Notes under the pieces: generated by a model
What the model was told of the DNA's origin: nothing
Database searches by the model: none
The model's input: the letters and a program-made list of their open reading frames with translations, nothing else
Made by a program: the position numbers and the translations under genes
In this document: positions 12,859-24,400 of the stretch, in pieces
How positions within the stretch are numbered: the first letter of the stretch is position 1
Layout of the letters: the number at the start of each line of letters is the position of its first letter
From: Clostridia bacterium
Lineage (GTDB): Bacteria; Bacillota; Clostridia; TANB77; CAG-508
DNA length: 64,000 bases
Assembly (NCBI GenBank): GCA_017456555.1
Contig: JAFTJF010000007.1
Location: 3,257-67,256 of the forward strand
Reading direction: 5' to 3'

Positions 12859-14193
12859 CTATCTTACTTTTTTAACATAAATTATACTTGCTATAACTCC
12901 TGCAATTGCTATAAATGTAACAACTGCATAAACAATATTAGCAATATTAGTTCCAACTTCTGGTAAAACTCCAACATCTTCTTCTAACTCTTTTAATCTA
13001 TCTTCTTCAGACATTTGTGTTGGGTCATCTACAATATTTTCATTTCTTACTGAATTATTAACAGTATTATTAACTGTATTATTTGCTACAGTATTTTCTT
13101 CTTCATCTTCCTCTGGTTTTTCTACAACTAATAATCTTGAAGCAACATATACTGTTTTTCCATTATATATAATTCTTGACCAGCCATTATCTGCATAACC
13201 AGTTCTTTCAACTGCTTGTCCTTTAGTTAAATATCCTACTTTTTCACTATCTGTTGACCAACTTGCTCTTAAATTACAATTTTGTTTTGCATAAAGATTT
13301 TCATGTGTATCTTTAAAAACAACTTCTTCCTCTTCTTCTGGTTCTGTTTTTGTTAAATACTCACTATATACATAAGCTGTTTGTCCATTATATTCAACTT
13401 TAGACCAACCGTTATCTCCTATAGCTTTTCTTGTAAATTTTGTATCTTTTTCTACAGTTGCTATTTTTTCACTATCTGTAGAATAGCTTTTTCTTACATT
13501 ACATTTTTGTGTTGTATATACAGTTTCATTCACATCAGTAAATTTTGGTTCTTTTGAAGTTGTTGTTCCAGAATTATTATCTGTTGAAGTACTTCCATTA
13601 TTTCCTGTTGTTGAACCTGTTCCTGTATTACTTCCAGTATTTGACCCTGAATTTGTACCAGTACCTGTGCCAGTTCCTGTTCCGCTTCCTGTACTTGAAT
13701 TCGAACCACTTCCAGTATTTGAACCTGTTCCACTATTACTTCCTGAACCTGTATTAGAACCTGTTCCAGAACCAGAATTATTTGAAGTTGTATCTCCAAC
13801 TATTGTTAGTGAACCACTTTTGGTTCCACCTTGTTCTATATAACCACCTTCACTATTTCCTATATTTATTGATGTAACACTAATTTTAGTAGTACCTGCA
13901 ACTTTTGCAGAGAAGGTTACTGAGTTTGGAAAATCTGCCATACCACTCATATATGTTAATGTTTTAGAAGCTGTTGTTCCATCACTGTAAGTTACTGTAA
14001 CTTTAGCATCTGCCCCATATGCGCCAGATGGTAAGATTAAAGATACTGTAAAATTTTCTCCTACTTTTACTGATGCAGGACAATTTATTCCAGCAACACT
14101 ATCTGCTGCATAAATATTAGTAGCAAATACAGATAAAATTCCAATTGTTATTATTAATAAAATTAATGAAATTTGAGATATTACTTTCTTCAT
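12859..14193 (-). CDS. Cell-surface protein: signal peptide, Ig/cohesin-like domain, G/S/T/N linker, two SH3b domains, LPEVG sorting signal
   Basis: Two repeats 'CNVRKS...NGWSKVEYNGQTAYV' / 'CNLRAS...NGWSRIIYNGKTVYV'; LPEVG + TM + KKVR. Confidence 0.8.
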   Translation of the reverse strand: MKKVISQISLILLIITIGILSVFATNIYAADSVAGINCPASVKVGENFTVSLILPSGAYGADAKVTVTYSDGTTASKTLTYMSGMADFPNSVTFSAKVAGTTKISVTSINIGNSEGGYIEQGGTKSGSLTIVGDTTSNNSGSGTGSNTGSGSNSGTGSNTGSGSNSSTGSGTGTGTGTGTNSGSNTGSNTGTGSTTGNNGSTSTDNNSGTTTSKEPKFTDVNETVYTTQKCNVRKSYSTDSEKIATVEKDTKFTRKAIGDNGWSKVEYNGQTAYVYSEYLTKTEPEEEEEVVFKDTHENLYAKQNCNLRASWSTDSEKVGYLTKGQAVERTGYADNGWSRIIYNGKTVYVASRLLVVEKPEEDEEENTVANNTVNNTVNNSVRNENIVDDPTQMSEEDRLKELEEDVGVLPEVGTNIANIVYAVVTFIAIAGVIASIIYVKKVR

Positions 14194-14232
14194 TTTTCAC
14201 CCGTCCTCTTTTTACATTTTCTTTTGAATATT

Positions 14233-14928
14233 TTATACTTCCTCTGCTTTTACAATCAATCTTGTTGTTGAAGCATTTTCACATGTTATTAATGTTATTT
14301 CAATTTTTTCATCATCTTGTAATAAACATTTTAAATCATCAGCTTCTGCTGAATATATTTCTGTAATTTTATATTTGGTTTCTTTTAAATCTGGCTCAAC
14401 TATAGTAAAGAAATCTCCAACTTCCATTTCTGATAATTTTTCAAAAACACCACTTTTATTGTGTCCAGCTATACAGAAATTCCCATAATTATTTAAACTT
14501 CCACCATATAATCTGATTACACCATTATCTAAAGCTGCATCTTCAGTTGAATCAAGAATATATTGTTCAACATCTAAATCCTCTATAATAATTTTTCCTA
14601 ATACATCATAACCATTATGTTTTTCAATTAATCCTTCAGAAACTGTTGTTGAACCAAGTGTGTTTGTAGTATTTGTTTCTTCTTTTTTACTTCTAAAACC
14701 AATAATAGCTATTATCACAACAATTATACCAATTACAACTCCAATAATTATTGCTTTTTTCTTAGTAAATCCTTCTTCATAATCATCTTGCTCATACATT
14801 TCTTGATTGTTGTAATTTGGTTCATATTTTTCTTGATTATTATCGTTTTGTTCATAATTTTTTGGTGTATAATTGTAATCTGTATCAAAAGAATATTTTG
14901 AATCAGCTGAGTGTTTTCCAGGCGCCAT
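14233..14928 (-). CDS. Sortase (class D-like)
   Basis: TM anchor, IAGHN, TLITC and downstream R (catalytic His/Cys/Arg). Confidence 0.9.
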   Translation of the reverse strand: MAPGKHSADSKYSFDTDYNYTPKNYEQNDNNQEKYEPNYNNQEMYEQDDYEEGFTKKKAIIIGVVIGIIVVIIAIIGFRSKKEETNTTNTLGSTTVSEGLIEKHNGYDVLGKIIIEDLDVEQYILDSTEDAALDNGVIRLYGGSLNNYGNFCIAGHNKSGVFEKLSEMEVGDFFTIVEPDLKETKYKITEIYSAEADDLKCLLQDDEKIEITLITCENASTTRLIVKAEEV

Positions 14929-14943
14929 TTTAAATTCCTCCTT

Positions 14944-15771
14944 TTATCTTATGAATATTAATCCTAATATTATAATTCCAAGTATTACTCTATATATTGC
15001 AAATATTTTAAAACTACCTTTTTTCAAGTAATCCATTAAAAATTTAACAACTATTAATCCAACAATAAAACTTGATAAAACACCAATCCAAAATGGAATT
15101 GAAGTTAGAGCAAATTTTGTTATATCAACTAAAACTGCTGCTGCAACTATTGGTGTTGATAAAAGAAAAGAAAATTTAGCAGCACTTTCTCTATCAATTT
15201 TTAAACTTCTAGCAACTGTCATTGTAATTCCAGAACGTGATACTCCTGGAAAAGCTGCTGCTAAAGCTTGTGAAAGCCCTATTAATAAAGATTGTTTAAA
15301 AGTTATATTTTCATATTTATGTTTATTTTCTGCTTTTTTATCTACTATTGCTAAAATTATTCCCATAACAATTAAGGCAATAGCAATCATTCCCATTTCT
15401 ACTTTAAAGTTTCCATTTATTATCATTTCTGAAACTTCGTCTAAAACTAATGCTAAAATTCCAGCTGGTATTGTTGCAATAACTAAATACCAAAACATTT
15501 TTCCTTCAACTGAATCTTCTTTTTTAACAACTTTTTTAAATCCAGCTTTTATTAATTTTATCCAATCTTTTATAAAAAATAATCCAATTGCAATTAATGT
15601 ACCAAAATGAAGTGCAACATCAAATGAACCTCCAAAATCTTCCACAAATTGTGGGTTTTGTGTCCAGTTAAAAATCCATGGTATAACATTTAAATGTGCT
15701 GAACTTGATACTGGTAATAATTCTGTTAATCCTTGTACTATACCTAATATTAAAGCCTGTAATACAGTCAT
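14944..15771 (-). CDS. uppP: Undecaprenyl-diphosphate phosphatase
   Basis: GIVQGLTELLPVSSSAH, PGVSRSG. Confidence 0.96.
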   Translation of the reverse strand: MTVLQALILGIVQGLTELLPVSSSAHLNVIPWIFNWTQNPQFVEDFGGSFDVALHFGTLIAIGLFFIKDWIKLIKAGFKKVVKKEDSVEGKMFWYLVIATIPAGILALVLDEVSEMIINGNFKVEMGMIAIALIVMGIILAIVDKKAENKHKYENITFKQSLLIGLSQALAAAFPGVSRSGITMTVARSLKIDRESAAKFSFLLSTPIVAAAVLVDITKFALTSIPFWIGVLSSFIVGLIVVKFLMDYLKKGSFKIFAIYRVILGIIILGLIFIR

Positions 15772-15842
15772 TTTTATCCTCCGTTTATTTTTCTAATTTA
15801 TAAATATTTGTATTTTAAAAGTTTCGTTTTATAATCTAAATT

Positions 15843-16715
15843 TTATAGTTCTTTTAAAACATGATATAATGTTTCTTTTATGAATTCAGCAGATGTAAGT
15901 GGTGCAACTTTAGCTGGTAAAGATAAAGCCCAAATTACTTTTATTCCTTTTTCTCTAGCAGCTCTTCTATCTACTCCACCTGGATTAGATGCTAAATCAA
16001 CAATAATAGTTTCTTTTTTTATTAAATCTAATCTTTCTGCATCCAAAATTTGGAATGGTATTGTGTTTATTATTATATCAAATTTGTTAAGATTTTCATT
16101 TAAATCATTTAGGTGAACTGGATTATAACCGTAAGCTTTTATCCATGAAATATCTTCATTTTTTCTAGCTTCACAATATACTTTAGCTCCAATTCCATCA
16201 AGCATTTTAGCTAAAACTTTTCCTATTCTACCAAATCCCATAACAAGTACATTTGAACCATGAACAGTTCTTTGTGTTTCTTCCATAGCAATTTGAATTG
16301 TTCCTTCTGCAGTTGCTATTGTGTTTAATACAGAAAATTCTTCTCTTTTTAATAAATCTGTATATTGAATTCCATTTCCTTCTAATTCTTCTCTAATATT
16401 AATGTTTCCAGCAATTAAATATTTGTCTTTTAAAGCTTGAACAAAATCTGTTAATTCAACATTATTTCTTCCAAATGGTGTTGAAAGTCTTTTTCTATCA
16501 CTAGATAATGGAATTGGGCCAACAACTATTTTTGAATTGCTAACTGCTTCTTCTAATGTTGGACACATTTCTACACTTTCTAAATTTAATAATTCTTCTG
16601 AATTTTCAAGTCCATAAGTAAAAACTTTATATCCATCCTTATCTAACATTTCTATAAGTTTTACTATACGTAAATCTCCACCAACTACTGTTATTGATTT
16701 TTCCATAGATTTCAC
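15843..16715 (-). CDS. dpaA: Dipicolinate synthase subunit A
   Basis: GGDLR N-terminus, TAEG, GFGRIG, DLASNPGG, ALSLP.KVAP. Confidence 0.92.
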   Translation of the reverse strand: MKSMEKSITVVGGDLRIVKLIEMLDKDGYKVFTYGLENSEELLNLESVEMCPTLEEAVSNSKIVVGPIPLSSDRKRLSTPFGRNNVELTDFVQALKDKYLIAGNINIREELEGNGIQYTDLLKREEFSVLNTIATAEGTIQIAMEETQRTVHGSNVLVMGFGRIGKVLAKMLDGIGAKVYCEARKNEDISWIKAYGYNPVHLNDLNENLNKFDIIINTIPFQILDAERLDLIKKETIIVDLASNPGGVDRRAAREKGIKVIWALSLPAKVAPLTSAEFIKETLYHVLKEL

Positions 16716-16775
16716 CTTTTACCTCTCTTTTTATAATTTAAACTTATGTATATTTTTAATTAATATAACTTGAAA

Positions 16776-18086
16776 TTAATTATTTCCCAAGTCTTTTAAC
16801 TTTTCTTCTTTTGTTTTATCTTTTTCTTCTATTTCTTTTTCTTCAATCGCTAAATCTTTTTTTCTTTTTTCTTTATTAAAAATATAATCTAGTTTTTCAT
16901 CAATTTTTTGTTTTGATACACCATCACTCATTTCTTCAACAAGTCTTGCTGTATATTCAAGATATTTTCTAGCCTCTTCTTCTTGTTCTTTTAAAATTAT
17001 AGATTTTTCTACAATTTCATCATCATGCTCTTCTTCAACATCTTCTTTTTCATCCATTTTCACAGATACTGTTATATATTCTTTTATCTTCTCAAAGCTC
17101 TTTTCTTTTTCAGCAAGTTTTAAAAGTTTTGGTTCTATTTCTATTGCTTTATTTAAAAAGTTTATTGCTTTATCTTTATCACCTTTTTGCACATATATCT
17201 TAGCTAATTGATAATAAGACATTGCTTCTAGTTCACCATATAAACTGTTTTCAAAATATTTTTCAGCAGTATCGTAATCTCTTTGAATAAATGCAATTAA
17301 ACCTAAGTTGTAATTTGCACCATACATCTTATGATTTATTGCAGCAGCTTTTTCATACATTTCTTTTGCCATTTGGAAATCACTTAATCTTGTATATACA
17401 ATTCCTAAATTATAATACAAATCAAAATCTCCTGGCTTATAAATTAATGCAGCATTATATACATTTGCTGCTTCTTTAAATCTTTCTTGCTCACATAAAA
17501 GTTCTCCAAGTAAACAAGATGCTTCATAGCAATCTGGCTTTGTTTTAACTAATGTATCTAACATTTGAATTGCTTCATCTTTTTTACCTAAATCTCTTAA
17601 TAAATCTGCAATTTTAAAATATGATTTATAATCTTTTTTATTTATATCTACAGCTGTTACATATTCATCTATTGCTCTTCTCATTCCGCCTTCTTTTTCA
17701 TAGCATTCAGCTAGCAATTTATGGCCTAAATAACTTTCTGGATATTTAGTAACAAGTTTTACTAAAATTGTTTTTGCTGTTTTAGTATCACCTATCATCA
17801 TAAAAAACTTTGCAGCTGCAACACTTAATAATTCTGAAAAATTGAACCCTTTTGCTTCCATAATTATTATTGCTAAAGGTATTATTATTGAAAATATATA
17901 TCTGATTGTCCACCAAAATCCATTTTCTTCAATTCCAAGTTTTATTTCCACAAAACTAACTGTAATTCCTATAGCTTGCAATACTAATAAAATTATGTAA
18001 TTTGCATCATTTCTTCTAATTATTTTGAAAAATATTATTATGAATAATGAACATGCTAGTAAACTAAAAATTAATTTTTCAAGCAT
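16776..18086 (-). CDS. Membrane-anchored tetratricopeptide-repeat protein
   Basis: 3 N-terminal TMs followed by about 7 TPR repeats (YYNLG..Y, A...Y..A). Confidence 0.85.
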   Translation of the reverse strand: MLEKLIFSLLACSLFIIIFFKIIRRNDANYIILLVLQAIGITVSFVEIKLGIEENGFWWTIRYIFSIIIPLAIIIMEAKGFNFSELLSVAAAKFFMMIGDTKTAKTILVKLVTKYPESYLGHKLLAECYEKEGGMRRAIDEYVTAVDINKKDYKSYFKIADLLRDLGKKDEAIQMLDTLVKTKPDCYEASCLLGELLCEQERFKEAANVYNAALIYKPGDFDLYYNLGIVYTRLSDFQMAKEMYEKAAAINHKMYGANYNLGLIAFIQRDYDTAEKYFENSLYGELEAMSYYQLAKIYVQKGDKDKAINFLNKAIEIEPKLLKLAEKEKSFEKIKEYITVSVKMDEKEDVEEEHDDEIVEKSIILKEQEEEARKYLEYTARLVEEMSDGVSKQKIDEKLDYIFNKEKRKKDLAIEEKEIEEKDKTKEEKLKDLGNN

Positions 18087-18293
18087 AATTTTTTCTCCAC
18101 TTCTACATCCTTGTTTTAAGTACTTCTCATAATTCTCAATGATTATATCATATAGTGTTTTTTAAAACAAGAAAAATAAAGCAAAATATTCATTAATTCC
18201 TTAATATTTAAATTAATAAAATTCGACAATTTACAACATTTATCTTTTTTTATTTTGAGCAATTTCATAGCGATAGTTATAATTATCTCTATG

Positions 18294-18334
18294 AAAAAAG
18301 AGTATATAAATCTCGATAATTTATATACTCTTTT
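18294..18334 (-). terminator. Intrinsic terminator of the NRPS-HK-RR operon
   Basis: aaaagagtatataaat...atttatatactctttt inverted repeat. Confidence 0.8.
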
Positions 18335-18364
18335 ATAATAATTTATATTAATTCTTTTTATAGA

Positions 18365-19432
18365 TTAACATGGAAATTTTGCTCTTATTTCATTTATTTT
18401 ATCTAATTTATTTTCTAAAATGTTTAGCATAACATTTGCAGCTTCTGGATCGAATTGTGTTCCTATCCCTTCTTTAATTTGATTTTTTACATATTCTAAA
18501 TCCATTTCATCTCTATAAGAACGTTTTGATGTCATTGCATCAAATGCATCTGCAACACTTACAATTCTTGCTAAAAATGATATTTGATCTCCTTTTAATT
18601 TTTGTGGATATCCATTTCCATCATATCTTTCATGGTGTGAATAAATAATTGGAACAATATCTCTAAAAATTGAAGATGTTGATACAATTTGTTTTCCTAT
18701 TGATGGATGTTTTTTCAACTCATTGTATTCTTCATCTGTTAGTTTAGATGGTTTTAATAAAATTGTATCTGATATACCTATTTTTCCAATATCATGGAAT
18801 AATCCACCAATTCTTAATGTTGCAATATCTTTATCATAAAGCCCCAACTCTTGTCCTATTAAAACAGAATATGCAGAAACTCTATCTGAATGGCCTCTTA
18901 TATAAGTATCTTTTGCTTCAACTGTATATCTTAACATTTGTATTGTTTCTAAATATGCTTTTTCAATTTTATCTTTTGAAGCTTTTAATTCTTCATTCAT
19001 TTCTTTTATTGTTTGCATTTGTTCTATAGATTTAAATGCAGATTCAATAAGCAATAATAATTGATCAAATTTATCTTCTTTTTCACAATAAGCTTGAATT
19101 GATAATCTTTTTATTGTTTCTAGTGGTGGCACTAAATCCTTATGACCTGTAAGTAAAATAATATATAATTCTTTATTAAATTTTCTAATTTCTTCAACAA
19201 CAGTATCTCCATGTATTGGTGACATCATAAAGTCTAATAACATTAAATCATATTTTTCATTTTTTACTTTTTCTATAGCTTCATATGGATCTGTACATCC
19301 AACTAATGTATATCCAGAGTGTCTTAAAAATACAGATAATGAATCTATAATTCCAATCTCATCATCAACTGCTATAATTTTATAATTTTTATTTTGATTT
19401 TCATTTTCATTTTGTTGTGCTGAAAGTCTCAT
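18365..19432 (-). CDS. REC-HD-GYP response regulator (cyclic dinucleotide phosphodiesterase, RpfG-like)
   Basis: AVDDE and LLD receiver motifs; GHSDRV, LFHDIGK, HHERYDGNGYP, DAFDAMTSKRSYR; ATG 19432 after GGAGG. Confidence 0.93.
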   Translation of the reverse strand: MRLSAQQNENENQNKNYKIIAVDDEIGIIDSLSVFLRHSGYTLVGCTDPYEAIEKVKNEKYDLMLLDFMMSPIHGDTVVEEIRKFNKELYIILLTGHKDLVPPLETIKRLSIQAYCEKEDKFDQLLLLIESAFKSIEQMQTIKEMNEELKASKDKIEKAYLETIQMLRYTVEAKDTYIRGHSDRVSAYSVLIGQELGLYDKDIATLRIGGLFHDIGKIGISDTILLKPSKLTDEEYNELKKHPSIGKQIVSTSSIFRDIVPIIYSHHERYDGNGYPQKLKGDQISFLARIVSVADAFDAMTSKRSYRDEMDLEYVKNQIKEGIGTQFDPEAANVMLNILENKLDKINEIRAKFPC

Positions 19433-19451
19433 AGTATACCTCCACAATTTA

Positions 19452-21455
19452 TTAATTATTCATTGGTAAATATATTTTAAATTCTGTACCTTTGTTTGAA
19501 GTTTCAAGTTTTATATCACCATTAAATTTTGCTTTTATCATTGAATATGACATAAACACTCCAAGTCCAGTTCCTTCTTTACCTTTTGTTGTTATCATTT
19601 CTTTAAATAATTTATCTTTTATATTGTCTGGGATTCCTGGTCCATAATCTTTTACAGAAATTAAAATTTTATTATTTTCTAATTTTGCACTTAAATCTAT
19701 CGATTTATTTGGTTCCTTTTTATAAGCTTGTATAGCATTAGAAATTAAATTGTTTAATACTTGTACTAAACTATTTATATTTCCTTTTAAAATCACATCA
19801 TTGCTAACATCATTTTTTATATTTAGAGTTACTAATGCGGATTGAAGTTCGTGTTTCATTAAAATATTTGTGTGGCTAAATAATTCTTTTATAGTGAAAT
19901 CAACGGTGTCATCTCCAGATAAATTAACAGCTTGTCCTTTTACTGTTGTAATTACTTCAGACATATATGATAATTGACCTTTAATTTTTTGAAGCCAAAC
20001 TTTCATATCACTCGCAATTTCATGCATATCTTGTTCATTAACTTGTGGATTTCCAATTGATGCATCAAACTCATTTACTAAATCTGTTAGACCTGCTACA
20101 CCACCAGATATAGAGAATATTGGTGTTTTTAAACTGTGTGCAATACCACCAACCATTTGTCCTAAAGATGCTAAACGTTCTCTTTCTACAAGCATATTTT
20201 GTTTATTATGAATATCTTCTATTTGAGCATTATTTAATTTTTGAATATCATTAAATGCAACAACTAAATCTCCAATTTCATCATTTGAAACTACTGGTAA
20301 AAGAATTTCTTTTCCACTTTCATTACAAATATTTCTAAATCCTTTATGAATTTGTCTTAAAGATTTTGAAATAGATGATGAAAATATTGCTATTATTATT
20401 GCACTAATTGCAGCTAAAAATAATGCTGTTAAAACTAAATAATTTAAAGCTGTTTTAGAAAAAATATCATATAAAATTCCTATATAAACATTTCCTGTAT
20501 CTGTTTTTAATTTTATAGAACTTCCTTGAGTATCTACTCCATAGCTATCATATAATCTTCCATTATTTTGTTCAGAAATTTGAATTGTATACTCTACAAT
20601 AAAATTACTTATTTCTTCACCCTTTAGCATTTCATAAGTTTTATCTTGATTTAAAATAAATACTCTATCAGTATCATTATATAATTCAAAACCATTTGCA
20701 ATTTCTTTTATTTCAGCGTTTGTATAAACTTTTTCTGTGTCAAATTTCTCTGTTAAAATTTTATTATATACGCTATACAAAACATCTTCTTTTTCTATTA
20801 CACTTACTGAATATCCAACTAAAGCTGTAAGAATAATTGCAGCTATACAAATTGGAAATACTAGTATCATAATTCTTTTTCTTAAGCTAACTCTAAAACC
20901 AATGTCTGAACCTTCAATATATGTTTGTGTTAAAATTTCATCATATAAATTCTTTGAAAATATGAAAGACACAACACCTAACAATATTGAAAATGATGCT
21001 AATAATATTATTATTTTTGCAATCATTATACTTAAGTGGCTACCCGTTAAAGATAAAACTAGTATTGTTATTATTGATGGTGTTAAAATCTCAAACATAT
21101 AAAATTGATATGGTAGTGTTAAACATTTTTTTCTAATTAATTTTATTTGTTCTTTATCACTATATCTTTTGGTTAAAGACATTTTATACCATTTATCAAT
21201 ATCTTTTAATGCAAACTTTGTGAAAAATACGATTCCTAATACAATTACAATTCCTAAAATCAAAAATTGTGTATTAAAAGATATGTATGACATTTGAACA
21301 TCAAATGGAGTATTTATTGTTCCTGGTCCATAATTTAAAATTTTAGGTATTATCATCATCAAAATTAATATAATTATAAATGCTATAGCAGCATATCTAA
21401 AAGAAATTATATTACTTGGTGTACTATTCCATTTTATTTTTTTCTTATTTCTCAC
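19452..21455 (-). CDS. Multi-TM sensor histidine kinase with HAMP
   Basis: About 6 TMs, DEIGDLVVAFN HAMP, IAHSLKTP H-box, NLISNA, DYGPGI, GTGLG. Confidence 0.93.
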   Translation of the reverse strand: MRNKKKIKWNSTPSNIISFRYAAIAFIIILILMMIIPKILNYGPGTINTPFDVQMSYISFNTQFLILGIVIVLGIVFFTKFALKDIDKWYKMSLTKRYSDKEQIKLIRKKCLTLPYQFYMFEILTPSIITILVLSLTGSHLSIMIAKIIILLASFSILLGVVSFIFSKNLYDEILTQTYIEGSDIGFRVSLRKRIMILVFPICIAAIILTALVGYSVSVIEKEDVLYSVYNKILTEKFDTEKVYTNAEIKEIANGFELYNDTDRVFILNQDKTYEMLKGEEISNFIVEYTIQISEQNNGRLYDSYGVDTQGSSIKLKTDTGNVYIGILYDIFSKTALNYLVLTALFLAAISAIIIAIFSSSISKSLRQIHKGFRNICNESGKEILLPVVSNDEIGDLVVAFNDIQKLNNAQIEDIHNKQNMLVERERLASLGQMVGGIAHSLKTPIFSISGGVAGLTDLVNEFDASIGNPQVNEQDMHEIASDMKVWLQKIKGQLSYMSEVITTVKGQAVNLSGDDTVDFTIKELFSHTNILMKHELQSALVTLNIKNDVSNDVILKGNINSLVQVLNNLISNAIQAYKKEPNKSIDLSAKLENNKILISVKDYGPGIPDNIKDKLFKEMITTKGKEGTGLGVFMSYSMIKAKFNGDIKLETSNKGTEFKIYLPMNN

Positions 21456-21475
21456 AAGTATCCCTCCGATTAATT

Positions 21476-24400
21476 TTAAATAAAATTCACTTCTCTCATG
21501 TATTTTACTATTTTTTCTATATATTTTTTATCTATTTTTTTCCACTCTGATTTTAATAAACTTAAATATTTTTTTGTATATTCTGATTTTATATTTACTG
21601 AGAAATTATAGTCAATAGAAATATTTGAGTTTTTTGTATTATTTATATCATTTATAATTCCAAATAAAATTTGAGCATTTTTACTTTTTGAAATTTCAAC
21701 AATTCTTTCTTGAAAATCTTTTTCTGAAACTTTTTCTATATTAATTCCGAAAGAAACTAATACATCAATTATTTCTTTTATTTCAACAAAATTGTGATTA
21801 TACAAATGAAATACTTTATTATCTGCTATTTTATTTTTTGCAAGATTTATTATTGCTTTAGAACAAGTATCTACTGGAGTAAATTCAATTTTTTGTTCCA
21901 ACATTTCTTCAGATACACAACCTAATACTACCATAGATTTTATTCTTGTATAAAAAGCATTTTCATTTATATTTTCTTGGAATTTTCCATCTAGAGCTCT
22001 ACCAGATAAAATTCCAATTCTATGAATTTGTGCAACTAAGCTTTTTTCCATATATTCTAAAACAATTTTTTCTGCTTCAAATTTACTATTAACATATACA
22101 TTGTCCATATAATTTTGTCCAATATATAAATTATTTTCAGAAAATTCGACATTTCTATTATCTTGTTTTACTAAATAATTTCCAGAAACACTTATTGATG
22201 ATATATGTATAAATCTTAGCTTATTTTCATAAGAAAATTCTGCAACATTTCTTGTTCCCTCAATATTTATGGTTTTAAAATCTTCATAATTGCCATAATG
22301 TTTTACTCTTGCTGCTGTATGGATTACTGTTGATACACTATTTTTTATTTCTTTTATTATATTTTCATCAAGACCGATATTTTTCTCAGAAATAGAGCCA
22401 TCAACAACCAATACTCTTTTATCTAAATAATTTGACAAATCTTCATCAAAATAGAATTTATATTGTTCAATTAATCTATCTTTTGGTGACTTATCTTTTT
22501 TACCTCTAACTAAACAATATATTTTTGAAGTTGTAGTTTTTAAAATTTCATTTAATAAATGAATTCCAATAAAGCCATTAGCTCCTGTTAAAAATACATT
22601 TCCTAAAACTTCATTATCTAAATCTTTCTTATCTAGTACTTCTGATAATTCATCTATATTATGTTTAAATTTATCTGGTATTTGAGCATCTTGTTCTTTA
22701 TAAGTCGAATTATTACTGTCAATATTTTCAGCTAAAGTTCTTATTGTTGTATATTTATAAAAATCTTGTGTATTCAAATTATAATTATATTGAAGTAATA
22801 ATGTTTGAACTTCTATAATTCCTAAAGAGTCTAATCCAAGAACCATAAATGGAGTATCTATATCGACCTCTTCAACTTCTAAAGTTTTACATATAATCTT
22901 AGATAACGTTTTTTCTGTTTTTGTTTTACCTTTTTCTATATTTGATGTTTCAAGTTTTATTTTTGGAAGTTTTTTTCTATCAAGCTTACCATTTGGAGTA
23001 AGCGGAAATTTATCAATTTTAAAATATACTGCTGGTATCATATAGTTAGGCAAGTCTTTTAGTAAAATTGATGTTATTTTATTTGTATCTTGTTCTTCTT
23101 CTGAAATATAATAGCAAATTAAATATTTTTGATTTTCATCTGCAATTACAACATTATTTAATATTTCAGGAATTTGGTTTATTTTATTTTCAATTTCTTC
23201 AAGTTCAACTCTATAACCACGAATTTTAACTTGGAAATCTGTTCTTCCCAAATGAACAATTTCTCCACTATTTGTATAATAAGCTAAATCATTTGTATTA
23301 TATATTATTTGATTTTTCTCAAATGGAGATTTTACAAACTTTTCTTTTGTAAGTTCTTCTCTATTTAAATATCCATTTGATACACCATCTCCACCAATAT
23401 ATAATTCACCTGGTGTATATGTTGGAAGTAAATTTTTATCTTTATCTAATATATAACATTTTGTATTTGCAATCGGTTTACCAATTGTAATCATATTTTT
23501 TGATTTTATTTTTTTAATAGTTGACCACACTGCTGTTTCTGTTGGCCCATACATATTAAATATATTTGCTTTTGTTAAGTTTTCAAATTTTTCTACAAGC
23601 CCTTTTGGAAGCCCTTCACCACCAACCATTATATCTGTCATATTTTTAATAAATTCTGTTGTATTTTTATTTTCTAATAATGCTTTAAATCTTGATGGAG
23701 TTGTTTGAATCATTGTTACATTATTTTCTAAACATACTTTATTTAATTTTTCAGAATTATTTTGCTCTAACTCATTTGCCAGTACTAAAGTCATTCCAGA
23801 AGTTAAAGCTCCCCAAAATTCTAAAACAAATATATCAAAACATATTGTTGTTATTGAAACCATTACTTTTTCAGGAGCAAATTTAATTATTTCTTTTGTT
23901 CCTAGTAAAAAGTTATTTATATTTTTATGTTTTAGCATAACTCCTTTTGGTTTCCCAGTTGAACCAGAAGTATATATTAAATAAATTAAATCTTCTGGTT
24001 TTATACTTTCTTCAACTTCAACATTTTCTCTATTATAAGCAGTTGACTCTAAGCCAATATCAACTTTTTTAATATTTAATTTTTCATTTATAATTTTTTG
24101 AGTTTTCTTATTAGATAATAGCATTTTAGCACCACTATCTAATAACATATATTCTATTCTCTCTTCTGGATATTCTGGATCTATTGGAAGATATGCCCCA
24201 CCAATTTTTAATATTGCTAAAAGTCCAATTGCAAGTTCTAAAGAACGATTAACACAAATACCTATAATATCTTTATATTTTGCACCTTCTAGTTTTAAAC
24301 TATTAGCTAAAATATTAGATTTTTCATCTAATTCTTTATATGTCATACTTCTATTTTCAAAAATTACAGCTTCTTTTTCTGGGTATTTTTTTACCATTTC

